DNA of 63,083 nucleotides, filler included, from Choristocarpus tenellus KU-1152 (lineage: Eukaryota > Protista > Phaeophyceae), in the NCBI GenBank assembly GCA_964200185.2. It is 13 parts of 13 records of this genome, joined end to end, with 100 filler letters (N's around TTAATTAATTAA, not from the genome) between each part and the next. Parts side by side here need not be neighbours in the genome. Positions count along the whole stretch, not along the records: positions 1 to 13,054 come from CAXNAD020001602.1; 12 more parts are not named here. One strand, given 5' to 3'. The notes under the pieces are model-generated. The model had not been told where the DNA came from. It ran no database searches and saw only the letters and a program-made list of their open reading frames with translations. Made by a program: the position numbers and the translations under genes. Of the stretch, positions 1 through 13,154 are shown piece after piece; positions within the stretch are counted from its first letter, which is position 1, and each line of letters opens with the position of its first letter.

Positions 1-104
1 CATGCCCTCGCCCAGACCCCCCCTCCCCCCCCCCCCCCCCCCCCCCCCATGAACATCATAAACAAAAATCATTCATATTTCTCTTCGCAAGAGTCATCAC
101 TTAC

Positions 105-3100
105 ATCAAGATTGATTTTTGAACTTGAATCTGGGAAGTTGGCGCAATAGGCTCCAGCAAGGTATCCAATGTTCCCGATTTCGTCATACGGTCCCTGGAT
201 CAGAGGCATACCCGTGCTGAGAATGACCACCGCTTCCTCGCTGATGATGTTTGTAGCACCCATCTAGAACCACCATGAGAAGAAAGGGGAGACACGGCAG
301 AATATTGAGGTGATGTATAACTGAAAAAAACGCCTGTGGACACTACTGTAACAAGTCAAGCTAATGCATGTGCATATATATAAAAACCCGGAGTGTGTAC
401 AAATGTTTTCCATGGGAAGTAAACATGTTATCATAACCTAATTATTATACCAGTTTGGCTCAAAGAAACCTACTGATGTGGTGGTATAGACAGAGAATGA
501 TCTATATTACTGTCATCACTGCACCTTGAGGCTCCTCAGAATCACGGCCCAGAAGCCAGACTTCCTCAGTTCCCCATGCAAATCTATCCATTCCAGGCAA
601 CCTTTGCATTGGGCAACCATAAACATTTATTGGGGTTGATGTTATCATCACAGTGTTTCCTGGCATAGGGTGCCGAAGGAGGGTAGCCGCTTTGTCTCAG
701 GAGCTTGTCGACTCTTGAGCTACTTACCTTGACAGTTCAGTACTCTTCACGTGGATTCTAACTTGCATGCAATCGCGGCCTGGGTTCGTACTTATCATTC
801 ATGGCAGCAAAATGCAGCATTAAAAAAAATGGTAAGTAGAGGGTGTACCTCTATTGGAGCAAAACGACCCCACCTGCATTTTACTTGTGTTTATATACTG
901 ATGCCAAATGAAACCTACTGGCTGCTGACTGCAGTTCGTGTTGTTAAAATTAAATGTGATATGTTGTAAAGAGGTAGGAGTTCATTGAAAAATCTCAATC
1001 ACTAGCATATACACGGTACTAACAATGATATTTAAAAAGATAAACATGACCCAAAATGACCTGGTACTGACCGGACCCCCTTAGTAACATACATACATAT
1101 TCTTGGATTTTTTTGGGGGGTAAGGGCTAGCGTTATCTACATATGTATACAATACTACAGGGATCTGACTATTTCCAGATCCCTTGAGTCCTGTTTCAAC
1201 AGGTTGAATAACAAAATAAGTGCAAGGTGATTTTTTTTTTTCTGTCCCAACCCTTCAAAATTCATCCCTAAAATAAAAAACCATAATCACACATTCTACC
1301 GCAGTTACTTTAGCACACAAACATAACCTAGTACATACAAACAAGAGTACAGAAAATACAGCCCATACAGCCTCCTATTTTCTCGTCCTGTTCTTCGTCA
1401 TAATCCAGAAACCAATATACCAAACCAACCTCTTGCACCACTGGCACACGCATAATACATTTACAACGCCTTTCCTGAAGCCCCCCAATATGACCCCCCC
1501 CACTCCCCCCCTGCCTCCTCAATGTCACTTTCGTCTTCATCTTCCAAGTCCTCCACGTACTCAATCTATTTGGGGGTGAAGCAATGGAAATAGATATATA
1601 AATACATACATGCACACAAGCATCCTCCTAAGCTATATTCATTGCAATCAAGAATACGCCTTCAATACATGCATTGAACATGGATGGTGAGCGATACAGG
1701 CAAAGGCCCCAAAAACAAGACGGGTTATGTTCCCTTGTGACGCCCTGTGGTGCTCTAACTGCGTGATGACTATGCTATGAATATCGAGGAAACTGATACG
1801 CATACCCTCTCCAAGGTTGTACCCACTGATGCAAAATGATCCTGGGGTCCATTATAGACTGCATGCTTGGACGTCAGGGAGCCATGCGTGATGACCTAGT
1901 GTTCCTCTATCAACCTACAATTCTTCAGTCCAAAAAAACAAATGGGTTGTTACTTGTACCTTTATCAAAGAGTCATAAAAGGTAACAACCCAAGTCTAAG
2001 AAAAAACAACAACAATCATAAGAGAGGCACAGTACATTAGGGCATATAGCAGGACAAGTGCATCCTACTAGCTGAGTGAAATACACAGCTTTTCTACTGG
2101 TGAATTTTTTTTTTTTCGTAGCATGTCCCCCTGCCCCTCATAGTGACTTCAAAGCCCTTGCAGAGCCACAGTAGTAGTTGAAAAAGATCAACGAATCAAA
2201 GCATCTTAGAGGGTAGAGCCGCGTCCATTTGGGGGCCAAAATCCAATGTTGCGATTTTGATGCAATTTTGGCTATCGTGTTTGTTAGGAAGTGCCAATAT
2301 CCTTGTTCCAGGCACACCTTTCATAACGTATACATTTTACCTACTCCGAAATATTTCTGAGTAGGCATAATGTCATTAAAAAAAACTCTGTGGGAAGCCA
2401 AGCCCCAAACGGACAAACGGGGCAAAACTTGTACCCTAACCCTAAGATACTTTCACTCAATATTATGGTGTAAACATATTGCATTTACACCATGCTCATG
2501 AGATCATTTTACTCCTCTACTTCGATGCGAGGGGTCATATTATAGCAGTCACAGAGCTCAGCACAGCTACAATAAACAAGGGGTCATATAATCAGAGAGA
2601 GCACAAAGGCGAGGTTTATTTTATCTTTTTGAGGGGATAGCTGTGCTGGCAAGAAAGGGAACACGTTTTTCTTCTTGCCTTCATAGTGTGTCTGATCCAC
2701 CCCTCCAAGGGTGAGCAATCCACTGGGGGTGTCGGTGTCCACATTACCGAGAAATAATGAAAACACCGGTGAATCCACCATGCCTGCCTGCAAAACAAAT
2801 AAATAATAAATGCTGTATCTGTTGTATATGCCCATACGTATATTGAGCGGTACATTAAAAGTAATACACTTTTAAAGCACAGAAATAGTAAATACAAAAA
2901 TGTAACATGTATGGGGGTCATACACATAGACTTAGTTACATCTCGAACAATAGGACGGAAACAGAATCAATGCCTACTGGATGGGATTTCCACTAGCATT
3001 GGGTGGGATCTCCATTGCCCTACATACGGGGGGGGAGAATCCCCTGGAGCAGACGAGGTATAATCTCCCACCACAATGACCAAATCGGGAAAAGGAGTGG

Positions 3101-3633
3101 AAAATGAAAAGAGGAAGGTAGTAGGGAGGTTTGAAGACCTACCTGCAGAAGACTATAAAAGACAGTCTCCTTGCTTTCTGGTTCATTATCTGACAGAGGA
3201 GCAAGACCAAATATACCGTCCACTGTCTGGCAGGTAATTATGCCTCTGGTGTACACTTCACCAAAGGAAACACGTGCGGACAAGCCTCCAATGCTCAATA
3301 TGTCTGATGAGACAACACCTTGCACCACCCAGTCAAGGAAGAGGGGCACCAAAGTGTAGCGAGGGATGGGGGGGAAGTAGGGTTGGGGTTGCAAATGGCA
3401 GGGGGAGCAGGGTTCATACCCTCTCTGGTGCATGGTAAATGAATTCTTATGTTGACATGTATTGGTATGTTATTAGAGGTATCTACTGTTCTTAAGATAG
3501 TCCTCAATGCATGCACAAATGTGGATTCCCTTTGGAAAAGAATACCCTCTAGCCCTGAAAATACAGGAGAATATAACAAGCAGTGAGTGAAGGCATTGTG
3601 TTGCACTACTCCTCCTCCGTGACTCAAATCACA

Positions 3634-3664
<31 letters not shown>

Positions 3665-5506
3665 GCCATGCACGCCCTTTGACAAAAAGTTAGTCACAGC
3701 CAATCTGGGGGTGGGGAAACTTGAATTTCAAGAGAAACTTGAAGTGAAAACCTCAACATCAGAACCCTGCAGCACACAAGTACATCCTGAACACTTCCAA
3801 GCATACATGTATACATACATGTACTGACAGGTTTGAAATGGAAAATACGGTTGAAGGTGCTATATACTAATGTGTGGTCTGTGGCAAGTAGGACAGTAGT
3901 AGTATGCTTTAAGTAAAGGGGTTATAGAAATATTTTTCACAAACAAATTTCAAAATTGGACAGAGTAGTATTGGGATAACTGCATTGGGACTACAGTGGT
4001 GACCAGAAATTCTAAAAGGAAGGATGTTCACATATAGTGTTAATAGAATTATTGTTTGCATGTTGATCAGCAGGGAATGAGGGTATCAGTAAGACATACA
4101 CAGTCCACAACACCAGAGAAATGTCTAGCAACCTGCTGAAGCACTGCCAGTCACGAATGAGTGGAGAGTACCGTCAAGGTAGATATACACCTGAAATCAT
4201 ATAATTGTATCACAACCCACTAATTTATCCTATTGATAATATACTAGCATGGGATAGGCGGAACAGCATAATGGAAAAGTGACAACATCGGTGCATCTGC
4301 GTCATTACATCACAAAAACCCCCACCAAATTTGTAAGATATTGGCTAGGTAGATCTCGACAATATATATTCAATAGATACAAGAGGATAGAGCACCGAAA
4401 TACTTGGAAGATCAACAAGGAGAACAACGACTATCATAATGGTGATGGCCTATCCTGGCCAGGAACCAGCAGGAAATAAAGGCAGGCCTGTGGTATCGCT
4501 TGCAACAATACTGGGCATCACGGTCACGTAGGAGATAACCTTAACCCAGATCACACCAGACCATGCGGGGAAGAGCCTTCAACACGCAACAATAGATCAC
4601 CCCTCTTATCCTCCAAGGTGGTCACCACCGGTAGTGGGCAAGTAGTTCAAACATGTGTGGGCGAGCATATCTGTAGCAAGAGCAATATCGCAAGGGGATG
4701 AAGGGAGGTTCATGCATGGGTAGAGTCCCAACCTTTTGCCCAAGATCCATCAACGTAGGACTCTTCAAAAATGGATCCATCTTCAAGGTATGTGGACGAC
4801 TCGGTGGAGTTGTACTTCGCCATTTTCAACGCACAGTCACCAATCGTACAAGAACTGCTGGTTACCTACAATAGAGGGGCATTCTCCGAGAGGTTAGAGG
4901 ACGTCCGTTTCAAGTGATTGATTTGGTCAGTGTAAGAAGGGAAACTCGATGGTGTGGATCGAACACACAACACTGGCGGGTCTGAAACTGGCGACACGGA
5001 AGAGGTAGCCATTCTCACAGTAGTATCGATGGTTGGTTGCCACAGGGTATGTTTCTCTATTGGAAATTTGCTCATGCACACTATAACAACACACTCTAAC
5101 CAGTAACAATAACGGTGATTCCAGAGAGGAACATCAAGACTTTCAAGTCCTCTCTGGCTCTGGTTTTGTCACGTACCCATAGAGCCTTGATGCCCGTGTC
5201 GAACAGCACCCGTAACGTTTGCGGGGGTGTACCAAGCGTAACGAGGCCTGAATACATAACATTATCACAATTATCCATAGCCACGCTACCCGTGCCTAAG
5301 AGAGATCTATGCCATCCCACCTCCCCACCCTCATCCACCCTCCCATGCTGCCTCTCCAGAATATGTGACATCAGTTGTTCCTCTCGATGAACAGGGACCG
5401 AGAGCGTACGAGCTCCAACGTCCCAAGCATCACAAGTGGAGTAGAAGACCAACATTGTTGTTCCGCCAAGAAGTCTCTTGCAGTTCATCCTCCTAACAAG
5501 CTTCAT
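105..5506 (-). CDS. Pepsin-like (A1 family) aspartic protease homolog, 3'-incomplete; second catalytic Asp replaced by Ser
   Basis: Six phase-compatible exons: ~5506-5177 (hydrophobic N-term, YSGLVTLGTPPQTLRVLFDTGIKALW), 4865-4733 (VTSSSC...KYNSTESSTY...YVDGS flap), 3318-3143 (GVVSSDILSIGG...DGIFGLA), 2787-2679 (PVFSLFL...GLLTLGGVDQTHYEG, GC donor), 601-525 (CLEWIDL...GFWAVIL), 263-105 (VVILSTGMPLIQGP). Motif order matches pepsin/cathepsin D. Start codon uncertain (5506 or 5488). Confidence 0.92.
2193..2458 (+). mobile_element. MITE family 1, full copy (~265 bp) in protease intron
   Basis: Terminal inverted repeats GAATCAAAGCATCTTAGAGGGTA ... TACCCTAACCCTAAGATACTTTCACTC; aligns along its length to 9897-10159; no clear TSD. 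Confidence 0.85.
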
Positions 5507-8165
5507 CCTCTTGGGGTAATCAAAGGAATCGTCCGGCTCTCCACTCCAACCGGTACAGAGAGGGGGCTTTGGGCGTCCCACTTATTAGGTTATTCCCGAG
5601 ATTGAAGATTATGAATTGGTTGATGTGTGACAAAGAAGGACCCACAAAGAGCAACGTGCTTGGAACATACCATCCATTTTCTGTAGATTGGAATAATGTT
5701 CCTATGGCACACTCTTTCTCCTACATACTCCACTATTTTTCACACTACCAACTACTGGTCAAGTGTTGATCCTCGCACGTTGGGTTCAGCATTCCCACCA
5801 CTCTTCATTCCATCTCCTCCCTCCAATCTTCTCCTAAACTGGTGATCCCCAAAGTTTTCACACGTTCATCTTGGTCTGGCATTTTTGTCGTACAGCAAAG
5901 ACAGGGCAAGACACAGTGCAGGTGTGCATGCTTGTTGTTGCCAATTGCAAATAGCATCTTCGAAACAAATTTTCATGAGCAGAAGTATGGCGCCTAAGGG
6001 ACTCAAACGCTCTCAACCCAAGCAGGTTACCCCTGCCTTAACGACTGAGCCACGAGGATGGTCACTGAATACATATCACCAAAGTTTCAATGAACTCGAA
6101 ATATATATTGCACCTATTCTATGGCGTGCATGGTATAATATACTACACACTACTATTATTGCTGCGTGTACAATTTCTGAATATATATATATATATATAT
6201 ATATGAGCTAGTGTTGTCCAACAAGTAACATATTTTTTAATTAGGTACTACCGAGGAGTTTGATTATATACCCACAAAACCCATAATATATGTACTCAGT
6301 ATATATTTTGCTAAAGTAATGAAAATCACGATGATTTATTATGTTGTCAGGTGTTGTGTTTGGAATTCCAAAATGGTACTTGGAAGAGCTTACTGCTCTT
6401 GAATCAGAAGGCAGCGTGGCCTGTACTTCGATTCCAAAACTTTGGAACACTGAAGTGCACAGAGGACCCCCGTCTTCATCTTGGGGAACCACCGCTATCA
6501 TGCTTTTTTCACTTCTTCAAACAAAGCTTAGGGTCATTCTTCACACACAGGTCACAGTTAAGTTTTCAAAAATGTGTATGGAAAAGAGGAAAGTGGTGGA
6601 TCCTTGAGAGGTGGTAGTTCCATAATGCACACTATACTTCAGCTCTCATTCTCACACGCCACCTGAGCCAAACCAATTGAGAGGTAGGAAGGTGTGGACC
6701 CTTTTGCAAATTCCTCTTTCACACCATGTTGTGCAATACACTCTATTCCACTGCTTAATGTACACATGAGTGTACACAAAATTGATATTCCCCCTTTCCA
6801 TACACCAAGTGACACCACAATCAAATACTCTTTCTGCGATTGTAGAAAATGGTACCTTTCTTAGGATCCTTAAAATGCCACCCTCTCAGTTCGTTTGACT
6901 CACTTAATACACTTTTTTTGTTTTTTACCACTGACTCTTAACAGTAGTAAATACACATTAAAATTCTTAAAAAAAAAAAACGAGGGTTGGACCAATGTGA
7001 CTCTAACCGGCTCCAGCTCATTGCTATTATTACTCACGTTTCTTCGAGAGATCCCAGACCCGTGGTGGAAATTTTGTCAGAATAAGACACTACTCAGAAG
7101 TGGGAGATGGTACTGAAGGGGAAAAAAGGAAAAGCAGTGCAAGAAAGACAGAAAAAGCATAAGAAAAAAGAGAGGAGTAAGAACCCCGTGTATGTATGAG
7201 GGTAACGAAGAGAACCTAGGTTTAACAATGCACCAACCGCCACAAAAAATTGAGCTGTACAAGGTCCGGTGAAGCCAAAAAAACACCACTCATCACATGA
7301 CATATAAATGAAACAAAAAGAGAAGGGGGAAAGTGGGATGCAAGAAAAATCAACCCTAAAAGAGAAATTCAGTAAGATCATTGCTGCTAGAGGCTCTCCT
7401 CGGCATAATATGTCTACTTGTCATCTTCAAAAGTATTTGCTCACTTTTACAGGCACCAGCTCACGGCCTTGTGCATGAGTTCACATCGAGCAGCCAATAC
7501 TTCAGCATGGACTGTTGGTGCCAGCTTTAACAACTCATTGGGTGTGGGTTATGCCAGTTCTACCCAACTCAAACTCACTGGTCACCACTATCAGCTCCTG
7601 ATGCTATGTATGTCCTTGCCATCTTCCACCTCCCGTGTGTGTCACCCACACAAACCATTGGCTGCATCTTGTACCGGCTCTAACCAACTCCTCTACCTCC
7701 TTAAGTCCCCTATCATACACCTGCTCTCTGTCCGGTGTCTTTGGTGTTCCAAAAATATTCTTCCACTTGTGGATGCCAAGAGCCATGTACTTTAGAGAGT
7801 CGCAGAGACTGAGAATAGCAGTATGCTCAATTCTCATGCCTCACATGTCTTTGCCATCCACATACACACCCTCATTAGTGGACCCATGCACTCCAAAAAG
7901 GAACAATCAATTAATCTAGTCATCCACCAACAGAATATAGTCTGTGCTGTATGCAAACCAAGTCGATTCACAACTCTATAAATCCAATTATCAAAATTAC
8001 CTGAATCATGATCCAGACAAATCCACCCAAGAACAGGACTGGTGCACTCAAAAATACTGCACATAATAAGGAGCACCAACCCCCCAAAAAGTAGAACCTC
8101 CTTTCTCCCAATGCCCCCCATCCAAGCTCCACACCTAACCCTATCTTCAGGTCCTCTATCACCAA

Positions 8166-11100
8166 TTATTCAGAAGGACTAGCTACCTCCACACCAACTG
8201 GCGTCCTCAAAGTCCCCCGGGTGACCCCCTCCCCAACACCAGCAACCGGCCCAATAACTACAACGCTCAATTCAGATAATCGATCGCCCCCACTACCCTC
8301 ACCCTCACCCTCACCCTCTCCCCCTCCCCCTCCTATTCCAATGCTTTCATCCGTTGACAAGAGCTCGTCGCTTGTAGGGTTCGCCACCTCTGCCCAGACA
8401 GGATCTTCACTCCCTTCAATATCCTCTCTCATCTCTCCCCCCAAATTCAATTCACTTTCCGATTCCTGTCCCTCTGACACAGACGAAGATTGCGCCTCTG
8501 GTCCTTGCTGCACCTGTCGCAACCGCTCTCTCGCCCTCAGCCTCATACTGCGTCCGGAACTCCCTCTGATACTCCCACCACTAAACACTCCAAACCGTCT
8601 AACGGGGGCTACCGACGATGAACCTGACAACCTACGCAACGCCCTTGACGAAGAACTGGACAAACTTCCATCACCATCAGCAGGCCCCACCCTTCCACGC
8701 CTGCCCGACCTCAACCCGCTGCCCACTTGATAAAGCAAATCATCACTCTCAAGTAGCGATAAGTAGTCGGGTGACTCCCAGGCCACGGCGTGCACTCCCG
8801 ACTCGGCAAGCTTGGCCACGGGGAGGGAGCTGCTGTCTCTATTCTTGTTTTGCCAGGGCTGATCTCCCAACGCCCCATCTACAGTGAAGGAAACGAAGTG
8901 TGTGTTTCAGAGGGAGAATGCAATAAAAGGTGTAACCAACAATGAAACAGTGATCAATGTGATTTGAAGGATGAGGATGAGGATTTGAAGGCACAGTGAT
9001 TTAGGATGAGGTTTCAAAAGCAGAGGGAAGCTCACATTCGAGGGGTACGAGTTGTTGTGGAGAGCTGTCTATGTAGTGGAATGTGAATGCACAAGGATCC
9101 TACCAGCCCAAATCACACTATCAATAGAGCTGGCTCAAGCACCAAAGCATCGCACACACAGTAAGGGTCGCCCAAGAACAAACCCAAGGATAGCAGAACT
9201 GAGCAAGGACAACAGCAGTGCCGCAACACCAAGGGTTGTTCATTGAACACAACTCACATTCTCCACAGGAATTATCCAGGAGCCCGACACGCTCAAGAGG
9301 ATCCTCATCACTACTGCCTCTATCTCTGCTCCACGTCCTTCCTCTTCGCACTGCTTCGGACAGGTCAGAAACTGTAGCCCTAAGCTGAAGCATATAGTAA
9401 GGTAGAAGTCAGGGTTAGACTTGATGCAAGTGAAGGGGGGGGGGGGAAAGATACAATGAACAAAGGCAATGGGTGGCCTACTGTATGGGGGCACTGTAAG
9501 TAACCAACTGTTAAGTTTTTTTTTCCCTTATTTGGCTTTTCATGGTACAGTAGAAAGGAATGTAGCCTCGGCTCAGTACATCGTCAACTAGAAGCACTTC
9601 TGTAGTCATTTCATACTTCAGTTACTACTCCACATGAAGTGCTACTACAGCATCAATGAATGTGAAGAGTGGCTCCCTTTTGATCCAAACTCCCATCAAA
9701 GATCAGATATTACACCTTGAAAGAGTTGAAATGAGGGTACAATTGACTCATCACCCTATCTATTCAAAACCAGGAATGAATACACAGAGAAAAGATTCAT
9801 ACCGACACCCTCCCAACACTGCTTTTCAAATTTCAAACTGAATAACCACGACCTGTCAACTCTCTACTTCCATCCAGAAAATCAAGCTGAGCAGATGAGC
9901 CAAAGTATCTTAGAGGGTAGGGCCATGTCCATTTGAGGGTCACAATCCAGTGTTGCGATTTTGATGTAATTTTGGCTACTGTATTTGTTAGGAAGTATCA
10001 GCGTCCTTGTCCTGGACACCTCTTTTAATAACGTATACATTTCATCTACTTCGAAATATTTTGGATTAGGAAAAATGTCATAAAAAACCCATGGGGAGCC
10101 AAGCCCCAAATGGACAAACAGGGAAAAACTCGTACCCTAACCCTAAGATAGTTTCACTCGGATTAGAGATCCAGGCCTCAAGACACCCAACCTACACGAT
10201 GAGGTAGGCCTTTACCTCTGATCAACAGATAAACGCCTGCACAGCAACAACAACACCTGCCTGTTCCATTGCTTCGATGTGCGGCAGCTACCTGCCCACC
10301 CACCCCACAGATTTCAAAGACTTGGAGAGTTGGAGAGGCTCCCACAGTAGTAGTGGTTCCGCTCATGAAAAAAGAAAAAAAAGAAACAACAGGCGCGTAT
10401 TCAACAAAAAAAAATCAAGATCGCAACAAAACGCTGCAACAACACACCTCACCTACTACACTCCCCCCATGGCCCCCACCCCATTGGTTGATTCGCACTC
10501 CACATAAATAATAATAACATTATTGTGCTAAGCTCACCACCGGGATCCCTTGCGGAATGCTCCACGCCCGAGCCAGCGATAAACCCTTTTGCCTGCGTAA
10601 CCTCTCAGCCAGAGCAAAAATACCGGTGCAGCCGGCAAAGACGGCAGTTACTGCCAGCGTCGCCACGAGTGCTCCCCAGCTCCACTTGAACTCACAGGCT
10701 TGCAATGTCCCACAGCAGGATGAGCAGCGAACGTCATCACTATTGGGGGTACTGCTCGCTGAGTCTATGCTCCATACAGTAAGGCAATCGACACACGTTC
10801 TCATATCCGGCATCTCTATGTCCAGGCAGTAGTAAGTCTGAAATTGGGCAGAAAGATTTTGAGCTCAGAAGTCTCGGAGGGACACAGAACTGAGGAGTAC
10901 GCCTTACTTCATCGAAAACCGACCAAGAAATAACTTCATTGATTGAAACAAGTCACGCACACGCCAGAGAGGGGGAGACAGGAGGGGGAAGAGGATAGAT
11001 CAGGGTGAAACAGACAGAAAAAAAAACCCGGTAGGGCGCGTGGCGTCTTTATGACCCAGGCAATACAGTCTGGAGTTCAATTGGATTGGATTGGATTGGA

Positions 11101-13054
11101 GGCCAAAGGCACAACGAAAAGGGATTGATTGAGGTTTGGGGGTTGTAGACCAAGGCAATGGAGAGAGCACTATAATGCTTAGGAAGCAGGCTAACTACAT
11201 GTAGACATGACAACTGATCGATTCTGGACTGTAAAAGGTGTGACGAAATACATTTAGATCACACTTACCCCTGCTGGTCAATACTGTAAATATCTTAGGC
11301 ACTCGTCTATTGATACATACAACAAAACACTGAGTATATCTGAGCACCTGTACATCACTACCAGTAGCTGACAAGAGAGTAATCAATCTCCAACAACTAT
11401 GAATGGAAGGTCCAGCCAGTCCCTTCCCATGGGAAGAGCCACCGATCCTGGCAGTAACCAGGTCTACGAACTAAGCATTCGCCACAAAATTGTGTTTTGC
11501 ATGTATAACGCAATACTAACTAGACCTATCACTGAGGTATCTTTGCAGCCTAAGATCTATGTTCTCATCTTATTGGTAGCATGGTCATGGAGTAACTCTG
11601 GATCCAATGCACACAGTATGGGTCCCACAGAGGATATATAAATACAGTATCGTACCACTCTAAAATTCTTCAAGAATTCGATCAATATTTCTGAATAAGT
11701 ATCGGTAATCGTTTTTTTAGCTTTTGATATACAACAGATAACAATGCTTTTGCATTTTTACTAAGGTACTTAGTTTTTTCTGTGTAGTTGTCAGGTTTAT
11801 TAGCTCGCTCTAAACAGTATACACTCCAACCGTCCCATAAGTCTGGGCTGTTAAGTTGTAGCTCTCTCTTTGGGATGATTCCGATTACAAGACAGACCTT
11901 TGCGTTGGATTCCTCGGAATATTCTACATTCAACATTCAAGAACTATATGTCACCTTTATTCAACACCATCAACCCCCCAGGTACTTTGAGCCTCATGTG
12001 ATTGTTTGCCACGACCAACATTACGTACCTCCTTCAAGATTCATAGGAGTGAAGAACACCTCTGCGAACTGGCCTTCGACGTGTGCAGCCATGATTTTCA
12101 GTCGCTCTGAGTAGCCCCTGATAAGAAGGACATGAATCGAAGAATCATGTAAGGAAAGGTTCTATGGTGCGTCATCATCATGACGATCGGAATAGGTAGT
12201 GGAGTTATGTGAGTATGTTTTGGCGGTTATTTCTTGTGACTTTGCACTCATTCGTAGAATAAAACAGGGTCGTCTATTCTGTTCTGCGTGCGGCTGCGGG
12301 CTTGTTGTCAGATGGACTATGCGTGCATGCGGTTACCTGTCACCGCTGTGGGTAGGTGGGTAAAGTGCTGGGAGGGCGTGTGCTGTCTGGTTTGCGGCGT
12401 CTACGGACATGAACACGAACCCAAGAGGTTTACCGTCGCCTTTGGCCCGCATGGCGCTGCTGGTGCTGTTGGCGATTTCCAGCTGATCCGCTTTGATAAT
12501 CTGGGGAATGGGGGAGAGCAACATTACGTCTGTAAATCGAATAAATCTGCTCAGAGTTGTAAAAAAATGGCCACTTGTTAACACGTATGAGGTTAGGAAG
12601 AAAATGGAGTGTAGGTAAGAATAAACGTTTGTCTTTGGATATGTTTTTTAATGCTGCGTTCAATACAAACACAGTATTAAGGGGATTGTCGGAAGCACGT
12701 TCGTACGGGGCCGGAGAAGTCGCTACAGTACCTGTCCCTCCTACATCCCATTGTACACGACCAGGAAGTAGTCTATGATATAGCGTGTGTGGGCAGTTAA
12801 TAAGAACGTTTTTGCCCTGAGTGAGGGTTAGGCTGCTGCCACTAGCACCTGCATGGGAGTCTTCATTCGCAAACGGAACAGATGTTGAAAATGGAGGGCA
12901 ATGGTGGCGACATGTTGCCACTGTACGCTTGTTGCAAAATTAATGCTGGACACATACCTCTCGATGTTCTGACAGCTCCTTATCGATGGCCTCGAGGACG
13001 GTGGAGTCGTTCGTGGGTTTTACACCAGGCGCACCGTGACGCTTCTCTTTTAAG
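8166..13054 (-). CDS. Unknown single-pass membrane protein with Cys-rich juxtamembrane region and long disordered C-tail, 5'-incomplete
   Basis: Phase-compatible exons 13054-12958, 12500-12434, 10933-10908 (26-nt micro-exon, least certain), 10837-10538, 10256-10216, 9379-9258, 8878-8166 (stop). Encodes TYYCLD..CVDC..CSSCCG, TM-like WSWGALVATLAVTAVFAGCTGIFALA, then a Ser/Gly/Glu-rich tail. Confidence 0.7.
9897..10159 (+). mobile_element. MITE family 1, full copy in intron
   Basis: TIRs GAGCCAAAGTATCTTAGAGGGTA ... TACCCTAACCCTAAGATAGTTTCACTC; flanks AGAT/GGAT (3 of 4 match, possible decayed 4-bp TSD). Confidence 0.88.
11824..11935 (+). mobile_element. Solo mariner/Stowaway-type TIR related to the element at 48657-50425
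   Basis: CTCCAACCGTCCCATAAGTCTG..GTTAAGTTGTAGCTC..GATGATTCCGATTACAA..TTTGCGTTGGATTCCTCGGAATATTCTAC aligns to both TIRs of the mariner. Confidence 0.75.
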
Positions 13055-13154
13055 NNNNNNNNNNNNNNNNNNNNNNNNNNNNNNNNNNNNNNNNNNNNTT
13101 AATTAATTAANNNNNNNNNNNNNNNNNNNNNNNNNNNNNNNNNNNNNNNNNNNN
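13055..13154. other. Artificial contig-joining spacer (first of 12)
   Basis: 44 N + TTAATTAATTAA (stops in all frames) + 44 N. Others at 16148-16247, 20009-20108, 23592-23691, 26897-26996, 30281-30380, 34631-34730, 39882-39981, 43317-43416, 47328-47427, 51170-51269, 59757-59856. Confidence 0.99.

Noticed and set aside
1328-1615. ORF with VPVVQEVGLVYWFLDY as a possible protease exon
   Set aside because: Exon 601-525 supplies this segment with proper splice sites and phase; this ORF has no convincing boundaries.
8221-8730. 169-aa Pro/Ser-rich plus-strand ORF
   Set aside because: Antisense shadow of the minus-strand terminal exon.
12732-12848. Apparent extra exon in the membrane-protein gene
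   Set aside because: Phases are incompatible; 12958 splices cleanly to 12500.
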